Assembly (NCBI GenBank): GCA_023515725.1
Contig: JALDTO010000098.1
Location: forward strand, 708,164 to 772,163
Direction of reading: 5' to 3'
DNA from: Amoeboaphelidium protococcarum X5
Lineage: Eukaryota > Fungi > Aphelidiomycota
DNA: 64,000 bases
The notes beneath the pieces were generated by a model. That model was not told the origin of the DNA and ran no database searches. It saw nothing but the letters and a program-made list of their open reading frames with translations. Numbering within the stretch: position 1 is the first letter of the stretch; every line of letters begins with the position of its first letter. Positions 26,965-41,491 of the stretch are shown one piece after another. The translations under genes were made by a program, and so were the position numbers.

Positions 26965-28998
26965 TCATTCCCAGTCGTCATCATTCTCTTCATCATCAGA
27001 TTCACCTTCACTCTCACTTGCTTCCAATGCAACTCTTCGCGCCAAAATAGACGCAACATCGTTACCACCACTAACACTCTTTTTTGCTTCAGCGGCGGAC
27101 TTTGTCTGTATAGTAACCTTTCTCAAGTTGACTCCACCACCACGAATACCATCCAACATTTCATTACGCGAATCCTTCTTTACTGGTTCTGGCATCTGCC
27201 TCTATGCAGCAGACTTAAGACCAGATCGCTGATTTAACAAGTCTGAGGCTAATTTACCATCGTTCGCAGACACCGGTGATTCCATAGCCATCGGTGGCGG
27301 AGGCGGAGGAGGTGCAGCTGGAGAATTAAAAGCAGGTGCTGCAGGTACATTGGCCATGGGAACAGGTGGTGGTCCTGCGGGCGGCATAGGGGAATCAAAG
27401 CCTGCAGGTGATTTTGGTATTTGTCCCAACACTGGCGGTGCTGGTATATTGCCCACAGGAGGAACGCCCGGAAATCCGGACATTGGCGACATCATTGGCA
27501 AAGGCATTTACGGTATTGATGATGGTTAACCAATTAGATTAGGCGGAGGCAGGCCCAAAGGCATTGGCGGCACACCCATACTACCCATCTAAGGCGGCAT
27601 TTTACCAATCATATTCATCATAGGAGGTGGTGGGAGATTACCCATATTACCGATGTTAAACATTGGTGGCACGTTTCCAATCATTGGAGGCGGGACGTTT
27701 GCAGAAATGTTCAAAGGCGGAACACCAGGAGGCATCGGAGGCATCGATATAGGAGAATTGAGCGGCGGAGCACTTAGAGGCATTCCAAATAGACCTTATG
27801 AGGTTCCGGGTGGCATTGGCGGCAATGGCATGTTACCTACAGGCGGTGGGGAAACGGGAGTCGAAGGAAATCCTCCAGATACATTCAAAGGCGGCGGAGC
27901 AGGGATACCAGAGCTCATGCCAGGCGTATTCTAAAAAGGTGGAGGCGGTGGTGGAGCCATGGCAGACGGAGGCGACTAAGGCACGATGTCATTAGGAATG
28001 CTCGGTGTGTTATAATTGGCGACACTTATAGCAGGAGGAGCAAAATCTTGGTAAGGAACATTAGAGGTTTAAAACTATTGCTGGGCAACATACTACTAAG
28101 GTGAAGCTGATTAAGACAAGTCTTACTGCTATGACATTGTCTCAACAGGCTACGGAGAACCGATTTAATCAACAATAAGCTCACCGGCCTTATTATACCT
28201 TTTTACCTGGACATCAGCAGCTTTAACAGCTTTACTCTTCTTTGACTCTCCATCCTTTTTCACCTTCTTCTTTTTCTTCTTACCAGCTCCGGTAGTTACT
28301 AGAGTTGACTCTTCCTTAGCAGCCTCCTTCTCCATCAACAATCTCCATTACTCGATAAAGAACTGAGGATAAGAGTAATGCTTCATACTACTCGATCCAT
28401 CTTCCCTAAACTGATCCAACATCTACAGCATTGGTGGAGCCATACACTTATTTCGGTAAATGTCTCTGATAGCCAATGGTAGATGAGATCCATTTTTATC
28501 ACTGGGGCCGGCAGCGAACAATTACTGATCAGGTGCAAATGGGTTCTTGTAATCAGTTCTCTCATTACCAAGCCCATCCGTAAGCAGCTGGGAACTCATC
28601 TTCTCCTAGACGAGCGGAATCACCTTCTTCAGCGCTTCAACTCTCTGAGCAGAACTGTCCAATCTCTACTGAATCTTGTCCAAGTGCTGCTTAGTTGACT
28701 CGAATAACGTGGCAGACACTTTGGACAGATGAGACAACTGCTCAAACATCTTGGACATTTAGATTAGATTCACAGTCTGGGCAACATAAACTGGGTTATT
28801 TCCCTCCACTTATAAACCGCTTTGAGACTCTATGAGAAAACGCTATTATTACTACAAGCCAGCATCCTCCTGAGACTCGCCAAAGAACTTGGTGTTCAGC
28901 AGAGACTTATATAAAGGCTGACCAGCGGAATTGACAGGATACAACTGACGAGATGGATCTACAGAAGGCACATTGATATGATACTTGATCAAAGTCAT
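26965..28998 (-). CDS. SCAR/WAVE Arp2/3 activator, 677 aa
   Basis: WAVE homology domain (QLSHLSK..., HYSYPQFFIEQW), basic region, poly-Pro, WH2 (SRNEMLDGIRGGGVNLRKV), VASILARRVA and acidic end DDDWE. Confidence 0.92.
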
Positions 28999-29852
28999 TA
29001 TAGTAAGGTGCTTAAATGCTTAAAAGAGTGAATTTGTATCAAGCTGATGATTAATATTCAACCACAACAATTGGGGAAATAAACGAACGAACGAACGACT
29101 CGCCGATTGTTTCAACTCTTTGAAGGAACTAAACTCTGAGCCCCGGCAGCTTTGTGAAACAGAATGACTGATGATTGGCAGTTTTCCTTTGTTCGCTCGC
29201 TGACAATTATACAGCTGACTGTGGAATACACCTGGTACAATATTCTTCTAAATCAGCGGTTGATTCGGCGCATTTTAGAAAAATTTATCGAATCAGCGCA
29301 GTTTCGGGCTCTTTTTGCAACGTTTGAGCCCCAAGTTGGGCTGATTCGATTTTATTGCAGTACGACTCTTTGAAGATTTTAAATCAATTCTGGGTGATTG
29401 CTATAATGTCAAGTACATTTTCCTAGTATCAGCAGTGATGTAACTTGGTTCACCATAAATACCACGGTAACCCTTTGACTTCACATAAAGTAGACTCGAT
29501 AATTTAAGAAGCTGATAAACTGTGTCAAGTGGAGCATTATTGGAGAGGCTAAAACTGCATCTCCTTTTTATTATACATGAGACATCTATTGCAACCTTAA
29601 TGCTTGGCACTTGCGCGTGTGTTTTAGTGTTGGGGGTAATTTTTGGAATCTGAATTTTCCTATTGGCTATTGCGATCTTAATCTCGTGTTAGCACAACTC
29701 TGATCATGATGTTGTACGTAGCGTGTCCAATGTCACGATATAACAGTGGGCTCTCATAATTCTTTACTTCACCTTGCTTTTAGTGCAATCTGGCTCTTAG
29801 AGAATTATACGATTTTAGAATTTACGTAGACAGCAGTTTAGTATCGACAAAA

Positions 29853-30551
29853 ATGTTGTTTCGACAATAGTGGATGACAAATGCAATTGCGATGATCGTA
29901 TTGTTGATCAGTCTGACATCGATCTAAAACACCGAAGCACTGACTATAGTGAGAAGCATTAACGCGGCGTGTACCGACAATAATTGTAAAGGCACAGAAA
30001 GCGTTCAGCATTTGAAAAAGAGATTTGTCGGAGCCTTGGTTGGAGCAGCTGGATCAATCGCTACAGAAATGCTCGGTTCAGGTATGAGCCAAAGTCGATC
30101 AGCAGAGCCAGCGCCTCCTCCTGTAGTAGTTGCTCCATCTGCTGCACCTACCAAAGTCAATAATCATAACGTGAATGACATAAAGATTAACGTGCCTCCT
30201 GCACCTCCTACGGCGCTTCCTCCAACTGCTGCTCTTCCTGGGCAAAGTCATTTAGGGGCGCAAATGCCACAAAGCCATTCATAGTACTAAGGCTAGCAGT
30301 ATTAAGGCGCGTATCCATCAAGCAATGGTGATATGTAATGGAATCAAGATCCATACGCAGAATAGTATGCTGGAATGAGTGGTCGTGGTTTCTAATAAGT
30401 CGGTCAATAATAGCAGTTTCCGTAAGAAGGAATCTAACCATACGCGCAATAATAGGCAGATTATTTCAATAATGCTTACGCGTAACAGTATACGTAATAG
30501 TAGTATCCTCCTCAAGTCGGCCATTATCCTTATGCACCTGCCGGTTACTGA
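29853..30551 (+). CDS. Secreted Pro/Gln/Tyr-rich protein with KKR site, 232 aa
   Basis: Hydrophobic N-terminus; HLKKR/FVGALVGAAGSIATEML; Pro-rich then Gln/Tyr-rich tail; TGA at 30549. Confidence 0.7.
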
Positions 30552-30904
30552 TCGACAATAGTTTGGTGATGAACTTTTATAAATTTATTAGATTCTTAAT
30601 TTTAAATGGAGTTTACATCCTATAGATCAACGCGTAATATTACATGACCAATGTGCTACGACATATCGATTGAAACATCCCTCTTGCACTCGCGTTTCTT
30701 TTCTCTTCAATATCGCATCGACCGAACGAACGAACTCCTGTTCTTCTTTCTCCAAATTCATCGTCGTGTTCTTTGTAACTGGATTGAAACTCTGATTTCG
30801 TGACTTTTTATCACTTATACTTCTCCGGTGGATTTACCTCTGATATATTCAGTATTCGTTAATCTTAAGTATCTTCAGACTAGAATTTATATATCTCTGA
30901 AGGC

Positions 30905-33900
30905 ATGGCGAAAGTGTTACGTTCTGATGACGATAATCATCATCATCCACAGTAATTGACCAAGACTGATAGTAGCAGTTCTATACTGCAGTGTGAGCAG
31001 CATTATCAAAAGATTCGAAATTTACTGAATAAGCAGATGGATCATCGAGTGGAGTCTAAGCAGTTGATGCAGATTCTGGACTATAATGAAAAGATTCATT
31101 TATCCCTTGTCAAGGTGAGGAGCAGACAGAGCGGCATAATTTCTGATCACAATCACAGTCTACTGAAGAAACGTCTTGCGGATGTTCAGGCCAAGGAGAT
31201 GCTGAAGGATAAGCGATTTACACGAGCATTCGCACTTGATAAAGTACCAGAGATCAAGTCATCGCTCTCGATTGAATTGCACAATAGTTACTTTAAAATT
31301 GGACTCTGTCATACGCTATTCCCCTATTAAGGACCATATTACAAAATTTTGGTGGAACTAGTCGAGTATCATCAGTTTGGCCCAGAGTTATTGAAGCTTC
31401 TTGATCTCAGCAGTGCCGTCTTTTATGAAGGAGGAATCGTGGTGGAATTGATTATTATCCTGAATGAAGATGATCGGAATTAGGAAGTGGTAAATATAAT
31501 GGCTTTCCCCACTGCAGAGGCTGAGATGATGGATCTAGAAAGAGTCAAGGATAAACTGTAGCTGTCAGAGTCGTAAATGCTAGAATTTGAGGCGAAACTC
31601 TTGAATATTAATCATCAAGTTTGTCTCAATCCGAGTCCTTTAGTGGGACGATCCCTGAATCAGGTGGAATATAATAAGAGAAAGTTCAATATTGTAAAAA
31701 GACATGATTATAGATAGTTTAGATTCACCGATTAATCCGTCCTTAGTGTCAGTGAGGAGGATAGCGAGATGGAGATGATTATGGCTTTTGAGTTCAACTT
31801 TCCCGGATCTATAGCTGAATCCGGCGGCGTCGTTGATTAAATTGCATCTTCTAATCAATCTTCTATTGGTAATGGCTCCAGTTTAATTAATGGAGATGGC
31901 AGTAGCAATGACAATAAGAATGCTATTAATGGTGGTACTACTAATACTAATAGTGCTGCTCAAGCTTTTAAGCGAAAGAACTTCTTTAACACTTTGCTTG
32001 AGTTAAAGAGCGCTGAGGCTGAGAAATCCACGCAATAGCTCCCCTCTGTGGACAAGAATAGTCAACGTGGATTTAGAAGAAGGGATCGTGATGGTGTATT
32101 GCAGAAACTAATCCGCACCATTAGATATGTGAAGCAGCCATTGATTGTGCTGCCTGAGCGAAAGTAGCCGGAGCCTTAATTCACAATTGTCAACATCTAC
32201 GCCAACTCCGATTCCACATTCGATATTGAGATTGGGTGTGGAAGTGAAGTGGATACTTGTAAGAATGGCTATCATCGGACATTTACATTGACTGATTCTT
32301 CTCAGACTGAGCTCTATCTCCGACATTTCAACATGCTGTACACTCAGTGCGAGTAGAATCAGTTGTCGAATGACTATCGATCTCAGAATGATGTCAATTA
32401 GATTGTGTATGCGCTATAGTAGCAGTAGTAGAAGCTCGATAAGTAGGACAAGATACATTCACCATTATTGGCAGGCGGTATGAAGCCGTCTACTGATAAC
32501 AATGCTGCTTTGAGTAAAGGTGGTGGTGCCAATGGATCATCTGGATAGTTGTAAAATGGGGCATAGCACCTGCGTCAGTTAAGCAATGGATTTAGTAATA
32601 TCGTGCCTCTGTCCTAGCAGGCAAAATAGACTGGCAGTACTGGAAAGTCAGGAAAAGGGAAAGCTTAATAGTAGTAGTAGCAATTGCAGTAAACGCTAGC
32701 CTCTCAGTAATCTTCTAATGTTGATCTTGTCTAGTCCGTATAAGGAACCAGTAGAAAACACAGCCTAGGTCCTGTTGGTATGGTCAATCTGTCTCCTTCC
32801 ACTTCAAAAAGTCAGCTCAGTGGTGGATTAGAGCAGTCCTAGCTAGAGGCGTCTAACAGATTGTCCTTTGGTGGCGATGCTCCTCAGCTCAATTAATATT
32901 AGACAGCGTAATCTAATTAGTCTTCCATTACTGCTTAATCTGGGAACATGTAGAGAGCAAATGTTGTCACATCTCCTACTAATTCTGCATCGAGTTCTAC
33001 TAATTCTCTTATTCCTATGGGCATTGCTAATAGCAATAATGGCAGGAACAGTTAACTCAACTTTACTGATCTCTCTAAATTGCAGTAGAACCAACTCAAG
33101 AACTAATCGCTTCTGTAGAATAATGCCGATATCAGTGGAAGTAGTGCTGGCGGATCCAGGCTAGGAGGTGTCTAGTAGCAGCTTCAGTTATAGAATTAGA
33201 GTCCTAAATCTAGCGAAGGTGGTACACCTGTAAATCTGTCCAAAGCTTTCGTGTAGTAATTGTTGAAAATGCCTCCTGATCAAGTGCCTGAAGAGTATAA
33301 GAATTTCACTGCACAGCTGAAGTTGAAGATTGCCAAACATTAGTAGATGAAGAGTCGTCAACTGGCAGGTTAAGGTTAGAGTAGTCCTCAACCATAGTAA
33401 TAACAATCTGCGACACCCATTCCGGCTGATACTCCACCTGGGTCATCAGTAAATTCTGTACCTTTGGCTTAAGTTAATGGAAACTAATTATCTTAGAATT
33501 TGGGTCAGCTTTAGCAATTGTAGGCGTCTGGTCTCACCTAGTAATAATAGCAGCTGCTCTTGCTGAAATAGTAATAGTAATAATAGTAGTAGGCTTTACT
33601 TTAGTAACAGCTTCGCCTCTAGCAGCAGCAGTAGCAGTAGTAATAACAGACATTGCCTCAGCAGTAACAATAGCAACAGATGTTACAGTCTCAGCTTACA
33701 ATGTAGCAGTAGGCGCAGCTGCTTTAGAAATAGCTTCTTAACTAGAGTTCTGCGTAGTAGTTACTCCAACTGTAGTAATAACTTGCTTAGTAGGGAAACA
33801 GTGGCTCCACTCTGACTCCTGCTTAAATGTTATAATTGTAGTAGCAGCTTCTTTTGTAGTAGTAGTAGTAGTAATAGTCACTGCAGTCTAAATAGTAGCC

Positions 33901-34405
33901 TTAGATTGGGAAAACTTAATCAACTTTAAATTTATTGCAATTATAGCAACAGCTATAATAAGGTGGTTAATTGGGTGGTAATTTAGCTAGATCGGCCAGT
34001 AGCAACATCCAACTTCCGCTGAATTTTAGTGGTATCTCAGGCAGTAGTAATAACGCGCTCGGAAATATTGGTCTCTCTAACAGTGGTGCTAGCTCCGGTT
34101 TAGACTTGAATAATCTTAGTGCGCTGTTGGGAGCACAAAACTCTGCGGGTCAAGGTGTTAATTCTCAACAGATTTGGAATTCAAATCAGATGGCGGCACA
34201 GTAGCTGCCTCAATCTCAGCTCTCATAATCAGCCTCCAACGCCAACTTTAGCAATAATCAGGCAATGTAGAATCTTTTGCGGCAGTAGATTTTGTTGCAG
34301 TAATAATAACTGTAGCAGCAGAGTTTCAATCCAACAGCTTAATCCTCCGGTGGTAAGGCCAAAGGTGGCGGGAAGAAAGGTAAAAAGTAGTAGTAAAAGC
34401 AGTGA
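30905..34405 (+). CDS. SPT20: Spt20-family SAGA subunit with long Gln-rich C-terminus, about 1166 aa
   Basis: SLSIELHNSYF...LFPY...VFYEGGIVVEL...FPTAE...LEFEAKLL...VCLNPSP matches the Spt20 domain pattern; tail made largely of TAG/TAA/CAG/CAA runs. Confidence 0.75.
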
Positions 34406-34508
34406 TTTGTGAGCAAAGTAATATAATGTTAATTGAAAGTAGGGCTTAAAGTTTTTAAGTTGCAAATATTTGATAGAAATACCGTTTATAATCTGTCAAT
34501 AGCACTAT

Positions 34509-36997
34509 TCATAGATTCTTTTGCAATGGTCCCTGCAGAGAGAGGGAAGACTATTCTTGGTCCTTCTAGCGCATCAAAGTGCCTAAAGTGAAATTTCGAC
34601 CTCTTCTCGTTGGACTTACACTATTACTAAAACTAGTGTCTTGACCCTCGACGGCTTTGTTTAATTCAGAAGTAGATACGCTTAGTATTCCTGCCGTGGA
34701 CGTTAGCACTAGATCATCATCTGAAGACGCCCGACCGTCCCCACCCCTCCACGGAATCCATTTATTGTACTCCACCGTTGGAGATTAGGTGATATGTGCA
34801 GACTTGGAGGATGAAGAGTTATTACTTTATAGCGACAGAGTATGTACAGTCTTAAGCAGCTTCTTTCCCTTCTATCGTTGTACAATTTATCCGGCAGAAG
34901 ATTGAGCTGTTTGATACTACTGCTTTTATTGTTACATCACTTTCTAGTCATCCGACGAGCGCAGAGATTCATTAGATCCTAGTGCTTTAATGTAATTTTA
35001 ATACATTCGACCAGACTAAAATTCAATATTCTGTGCAGTTTTAACCTTGTACAAATATCCTTTAGGCCTACTGAGACGACTCAATCCATTCAATTTCCTG
35101 ATCATCTACTCCTACACAACGGTAAAGTGATGGTAATTATCATTCTGCTCTGACAGCCTCTTCTTAAATAACAATCCAGTTCTAGAAAATTCAAATAGAG
35201 GATCGCTATTGTCAGCAGCAACCGCACTACCAGAATCCAGCGCATCATCAGTTTTATTCTCATCAGACACCAATTAAATTCCACTGGCCACCGCGAATAA
35301 TTTATGCGGCGTAGTTATACTGGGCTTGCGTTTTGTAAACTAGCTCTACTCAGACGACGATGAGATACCAGCATTAGGAGTCTATATATCAGGCTGGTAA
35401 TTAGCACTAGAGCGTCTACTCTTTATGGCAGCCAGACTGGACACTCGACTAGACATGCTGCTGGTCAAACTTTCAGACAACCCAGACAATTTAGAGCCGA
35501 GAGATAACTTCAAGGTGGAGTGGGTAAAATTTCTACCCAGCCTGCTCCGCACATTATGATCCTCTTCATTCTCATTATCAGTTAGCTAAATTACACCAGA
35601 TGCAACGGACAATCTTCTGTTAACCTATGCCAGCTGCTTGCGAGATGGACTTTACGGGAGGCCATGAGGAGATGGCACATCAGCAACTGACGTCTCTGAC
35701 TAACTGTAGCTAGAAGTCAACGTGGACGGCTTTGTAGAGTGATACGAACCACTTTATTCGCTGTCTTTCTTCAACTTTAGCCACTGCTCTCTATTACTAC
35801 TCACACCTTCAATCATGTACTTAATGGAATCAATAGTGGAGCATCCAAATATCTGCGTACCAAATTTCTCCATCTTCTCCAGGTATGGCTTCACAATAAA
35901 ATCACCAAAGCTCAATGCCATCTCCACCTGCTTCGATATATACTGCCTCCTTACGTACTAATCTGTCTAATCCAAAGTGGAAGAAGACGTGAAGATTTAC
36001 TATTATTACTGTAATATTTAATACTATTGTTATAGTTATGGAGTATCTTGTACTGCATTCGGTCGATTCATGTTGGGTGATATGGGAAGACCGAGATACT
36101 ATTCCAAATCACCCTGAGCATAAAATTCAGTCTAGACCATATCTGACCATTGCTTAGCCAGCGGAAACTACCGACAAGGATTAGAAATATCGGCACAATG
36201 AAGGATAGAGCAGAGCAGTAATTTTTTACAGGCGTATAGAGAACTTGGATTATCGCGAGACACTTCATAATCATTGAGGATACTCTTGATGTTGTAGTGA
36301 TATTTCATATCTGTGGCCAGAATCATTTCATACATCAACTACTCCTACTACCACCTATCTGTACAACTCAAAAGAATACCAGCTTGGCGAGATAACTTTA
36401 CACAGTAAGCAGCAGAGAGAACCTCAAGCACAGACTCTTCCCCAGTCAGCATTGCAAGATCAGTCTCAGCATTCACATGGAACAGATTATTTAATCCCGG
36501 ATGGCCAACATCATGACATAAGGCAGCCAGCATGAGCATGATTCCATCAAGTTCACTTAATTATACATTGACACGATTATTCATATCATTATCTTTATTG
36601 TTATCGCAGTTCCCAAAAGATTATTACAACTTTAGAAAATCCTAGAATAAGATAAACGATACTAAAGTGACATCGACTGCATGTTCAAAGCAATGATAAG
36701 GGACTTGCTAATATAGAGCTTCCACTGTACTAATGTATCCATGTAATTACACCATATTGACTTTCAATGTTTCCAATACATTCAGTCGAAGTAGGAGACT
36801 AATCACCAGAGCTTTCTGTTCATCTCTACTCAAAACAATGGAGTTTATATCAAAAGATATGTCCAACTTCATCCATTATTGCACTTTCTACAATTATCTA
36901 ATGAAATAAGCAGGATTATTTATGTGTAAAATATAAAATCCAAAATAAATCGTACCTATTCAAATTAAGATTATGCTGATGATTATGATGGATCCAT
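34509..36997 (-). CDS. Class I 3',5'-cyclic nucleotide phosphodiesterase with long C-terminal tail (intron 36888..36955)
   Basis: PYHCFEHAVDV, AALCHDVGHPGLNN, ILATDM, LHCADISNP; no in-frame TGA until 34509. Confidence 0.88.
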
Positions 36998-37504
36998 TCA
37001 ATCTAGTATAATACACTCAAGTATGAATAAAACGATAACAGTCAAAAACTAACAAATATAGACTTGAGGTATAACAGCCTAATTTTAAACACTACAGCTA
37101 AATAATACTACTACAAACACAGAGAGACAGAGACAGGCAATGCACAGTATTAAATGGCGAGTGAGAGTGAATAAAGCTGAAACAAACTGAGAAATTCTCT
37201 CTCTCTATCTCTTAGTTCGCCCCGCTGATCGCCGCCCAAAGAGAGATTTCTCTCGCTCTTTCGTTCTTCTCGCCTTTCGGTAATCAGACGGCTCTCTGAT
37301 TTTTGCTGATCTCTCTCTCTCTTTCTTCCCTCTTTCTCTTCTTCTTCTTCTTCTTCACGGTCAGAGTCATTATTATCAGTAACGCTGTACTGTAATAAGC
37401 TAGGATCCTATTTCACCATCATTCACAGCACTTTTGAGAGTTTTTGATCGGTCGGAAGATTTTAAAAGTATCATAATACAATTGAATCTGACGTGTATAG
37501 TGCA

Positions 37505-39733
37505 ATGAGCGCGAATAATTAGAATTTACCGCATCAACATCAATAGCAGATGCCTTATTAGTAGTATCCTTAGCAGCAATAGTAGTAGTTTCCTTAGATG
37601 CCGTATGGAATGGGACACGGCATGGACGTGTCATCATCTGGTGTGGGCAATGCGTAACATTAGCCTTATCCTGGTCAGCCCGTGCCCGGTAATATGTCAA
37701 TGATGCCGTAGGGATAGTAATAGCCACAAGGCTAAGGCATTTAGCAGTCTTATCCCGGACAACCGATGCATCAATAGTAGTTGTATATCTCGCCTGCCTA
37801 TAATCAGTAGATGCCTTCCTAGTAACAGTAGTAATAACATCAACCTGAGATGCAGAGTTATTATCCATAACCTGTTGCCGGTTAGTTGTAATCATTCTAG
37901 TAGACGTGGCCTGGTCAATAAAAGCAGGAGCAACATAACGCGCCATAATAATAGCAAATGCCTTACTCTGGTGCACCCGTTCCACCCTTTGATCATACCG
38001 GTGTCCAGTAGCCAATGTATGGATATCCTCCGGTTCCTTATGGATAGCAACAGTAACATCATCATTCAGCACCGTATATGTAGCAACCTCAGTAGATCAT
38101 GCAAATGCCACCGCAACACCCGGGAGCCAGACCACCCATGTATCCTGGTCATAATCAGTATTTGCCTTACCCATACCAGCCGTAGATTTAATAGCCATAC
38201 TATGGAGCCCCACCAGCTGCACGCGGTGAATCTAAAGGTCCTAGAAAAGGTGGAGAAAAGAGCAACGTTGAAGTCCCTGGTAGAAAGCTATTTATCCGCA
38301 ACTTTCCTTTTGATACGCCGCACGATGAACTGTAGAAAGTGTTCGCGCCATTTGGAGATATCAAAGAGTTTTTTGCGCTATCCGACCGCAAAGGTATGGC
38401 ATTTGTGACGTATTATGACATTAGAGATGCCAAGCGTGCACTATAGACAATCTTGGAAGAGAAGATGCAGGTTGGCGGCCGTAATCTGGATGTTCATTAC
38501 TCTTTGCCCAAAGATGAAGATATGCAAAGTCGTCAATGTGACCGCGATAAGAATTAAGGAACGCTGCTGATCACCTTTAAAGATAGCGAGTAGCCGCTGG
38601 ATGATGCCAAGTTGAAGGAGCATTTCGGAAAGTTGAAGTCTTTCAAGATTTTGCGTCCGTATAAGCAGCACGCGAACCAGCGCTTCGTCGAGTTTTTTGA
38701 CTCTCGTGACTGCTAGAAGGCTTATGATGAGAATAATTTGCAACCGTGGTAGGATGGACATCTGGACATGCGTTTTGCTTGGGATATTCCTCTGAGTAAA
38801 AGAGCAGATGGAGGTTATGCTGCCGTCGATTTGAGTAAGAAATCTGGTGGTGCTGGTGGTAGTGGTGGTCGTCATACTTCTAATGCTCCTGCCAGCCGCT
38901 TTAATCGTCAACCTTCAAATAATCGTTAGGAGAAAACTGGTGCAAGTGGAGGAGGACCAGTTAGAGATCATAGTTAGAGCAGACGTCGTGAGAAGGATGA
39001 CTTCAAGCCTTACAATGTGCTGACGCGTAAGCCACAGCAGAGCAGTGCTAATCAGAAGAATCCTGTGCATGGGAATGACGCTGCTTCTGCTTCCCAACCA
39101 CCCAATAATCCTTCTTCCATATTGCCATCCCAAGAAGAGGCTTCTAATTAAGCTTAGCAGCTGTTGGCCAATTTGTAGTAAAGCCAGCCTGGTCAGTCTT
39201 AAGGATATCTGCAAGTGCAATAGCCAACCTAGAGTAATCCACCCATTGATATGGCTTCGCTTATTGGGCTGGCGTAGTTATCAACATCTTCAGCTGCGTC
39301 CTCCTCCGTGTAGAGCCCAATGACTGAGAATGCGGATAGCCAGAGCAAACCAGCTACTCAGATGAGCTAGTTGTTGTAGATTATGCAAGCTTAGAAGAAT
39401 CAGCAGTAAGTAGATCGCAAGAATGGATCTTCGGCGGATCGTTCGCGTTCCAGAGACTCGGCTAAAGGTCAAGCAGATGACGGAGATCAGTCACCTCATT
39501 CAAATGCAACTCGCAACTATTCACTTCGTTCAAAGAGTCCCGCAAAAGCAGTGTCCAAGTAGTCCAAAAAGACGACATTTTCACCATCACCATCTGGGAG
39601 CTCTAGTAAGAGTGAGGATAAAGAAGCCGGCAGTAGCACGAGAAGCGTCAGTGTAGAGAGAAGAGTCAATTCTATTGGAGATGTCAATGCATTAGTCAAT
39701 CAGTTACTGGCGCAGTCTCAACGTCAAAAGTGA
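37505..39733 (+). CDS. Two-RRM RNA-binding protein (Mei2-like RRM pair) with Gln/Pro/Tyr-rich N-terminus, about 742 aa
   Basis: RKLFIRNFPF...GMAFVTYYDIRDAKRA...LDVHYSLPK...NQGTLLI...RFVEFFDSRD. Confidence 0.82.
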
Positions 39734-39985
39734 GGATTTTGTTCAGTATACAATCATCCAATCCATAATAATTAATGACCGTTAATCACTATTACAGCAT
39801 CAGCTAGTTGTTTAGATAAAGTGAATTGCCGAAGAATGCTTTATCAGAAGCTTTTCATTGTAAAAAAGCATCAAGTAAAGAGAAAGTACAAGAGATATAC
39901 AAGTAGATAACTACACTTCTAGTTACTCATCATCATTTTCAAACACACAAACGCACACACTTTCTCTTCAGATTTGCAAAATCTA

Positions 39986-41491
39986 TCAGTTATCCACTTG
40001 AGGCACTTCAATCTTGATGGGGACAAAATTTTTCAGATCAATACCCTGCTGTGCATATTACTCCCACATCCACTGTGGAACCAGCTTCGGTATCAGATCC
40101 GGTCTTATACTTAGCTCCATCGGAGTGAAGTTGAACAACAACGGCAGAGGCTTCCCATTCGGTAACGTGGTCTCCTACAAGCGCAATTCATCAAAGAAGT
40201 GGTGCGTCATGGCTTCGATAGCAGTGAATCGCGACGTTGGTGTGTATTCCAACAACTTGGCAATTAGTTCTAGGCAATCTGGAGCAGCTCTATTTTTGAA
40301 AACTTTCTACCACGGATTAGCTTTGATAGCCGGAAACTTGAAGTCCGTATAATTCTAATTCATGCTCTTAATCTGCTCCCTGGTCGGAGTGCCAAGAATC
40401 TTTATAATTTCCACCAGCTGATCGACTCCACTTTCACCGGGGAACAGAGGGGTGCCCAGAATCATCTCGGCCATAACACATCCTGCCGACCACACATCAA
40501 TGGCCGGTGTATAGTCAGTCGCACCAAAAATCAATTCAGGAGCTCTATAATAACGGGAGCAGATGTAAGACACATTAGGCTCTCCCTTGATCAACATCTT
40601 GGCACTACCAAAATCACACAATTTCAATACACCTCTTTGAGGATCAAGCAGAAGATTCTGTGGCTTAATATCACGGTGACAGATACCATACGCATGGATG
40701 TATGCCAGCGATCTCAGCATCTAGTAAGTGTACAGCTTTACAAACAGCGGAGGCATAGGCTATTTGAGTTTAGCATAGTGCCTGCAGGCTTTATAGACAG
40801 TCTCTGGTACAAACTCAAGCACCAGGTTCAGAAATACTTCATCCTTCTTGTCTCCATTGGAGTAGAAAAAGTATCGCAGAGAGACAACGTTGGTGTGATT
40901 CAGCATCCTCATAATTTACAATTCTCTATTCTTGAATCTCTTATCCTGGAGCACCTGTTTAATCGCAGTAAGCTCGCCAGTCTGCACAATCTTGGCTTGG
41001 AATACAACTCCGAATGACCCATTACCAACTGGTTTCAATGACGTATAACTCAGATCAACATCATTCCCTGACAAGCCTTCTCTGGCAGGTACAGTGAACA
41101 ACTTGTTAGGATCTACATCAGTTCTAATACCATTGATAGGCTAAGAGGATTGGTGGAAGTGTGATCCAGCAGTCTACGAGAATGGCTACTGTTACTACTA
41201 ACCACCAGTCTTGCTCGAGGCTCTTTTCTACTACCCACTTCCACTGCTACCACCTGCTTGGCTATGACCATAATGATGCTACTGAGGCTGACTATGAGAC
41301 GCGAGCGGTAAAGACGGATTGCTCTACTATTACTGAAACTACAACTGCTACTATTGCTACTATATGGCAATATTGTTTGAGGAGTTAGCTGGTGGTGGAG
41401 CTTTACTAGATAATGATGACGAACTAAAGCTTCCACTACCCGAGGCATTTTAGGCCTGCAGTAAATGTGACTATGGTATCTATTAAGACAT
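39986..41491 (-). CDS. GSK3: GSK3/shaggy-family kinase with Gln-rich N-terminal extension, 501 aa
   Basis: [54 protein letters not shown]. Confidence 0.97.
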
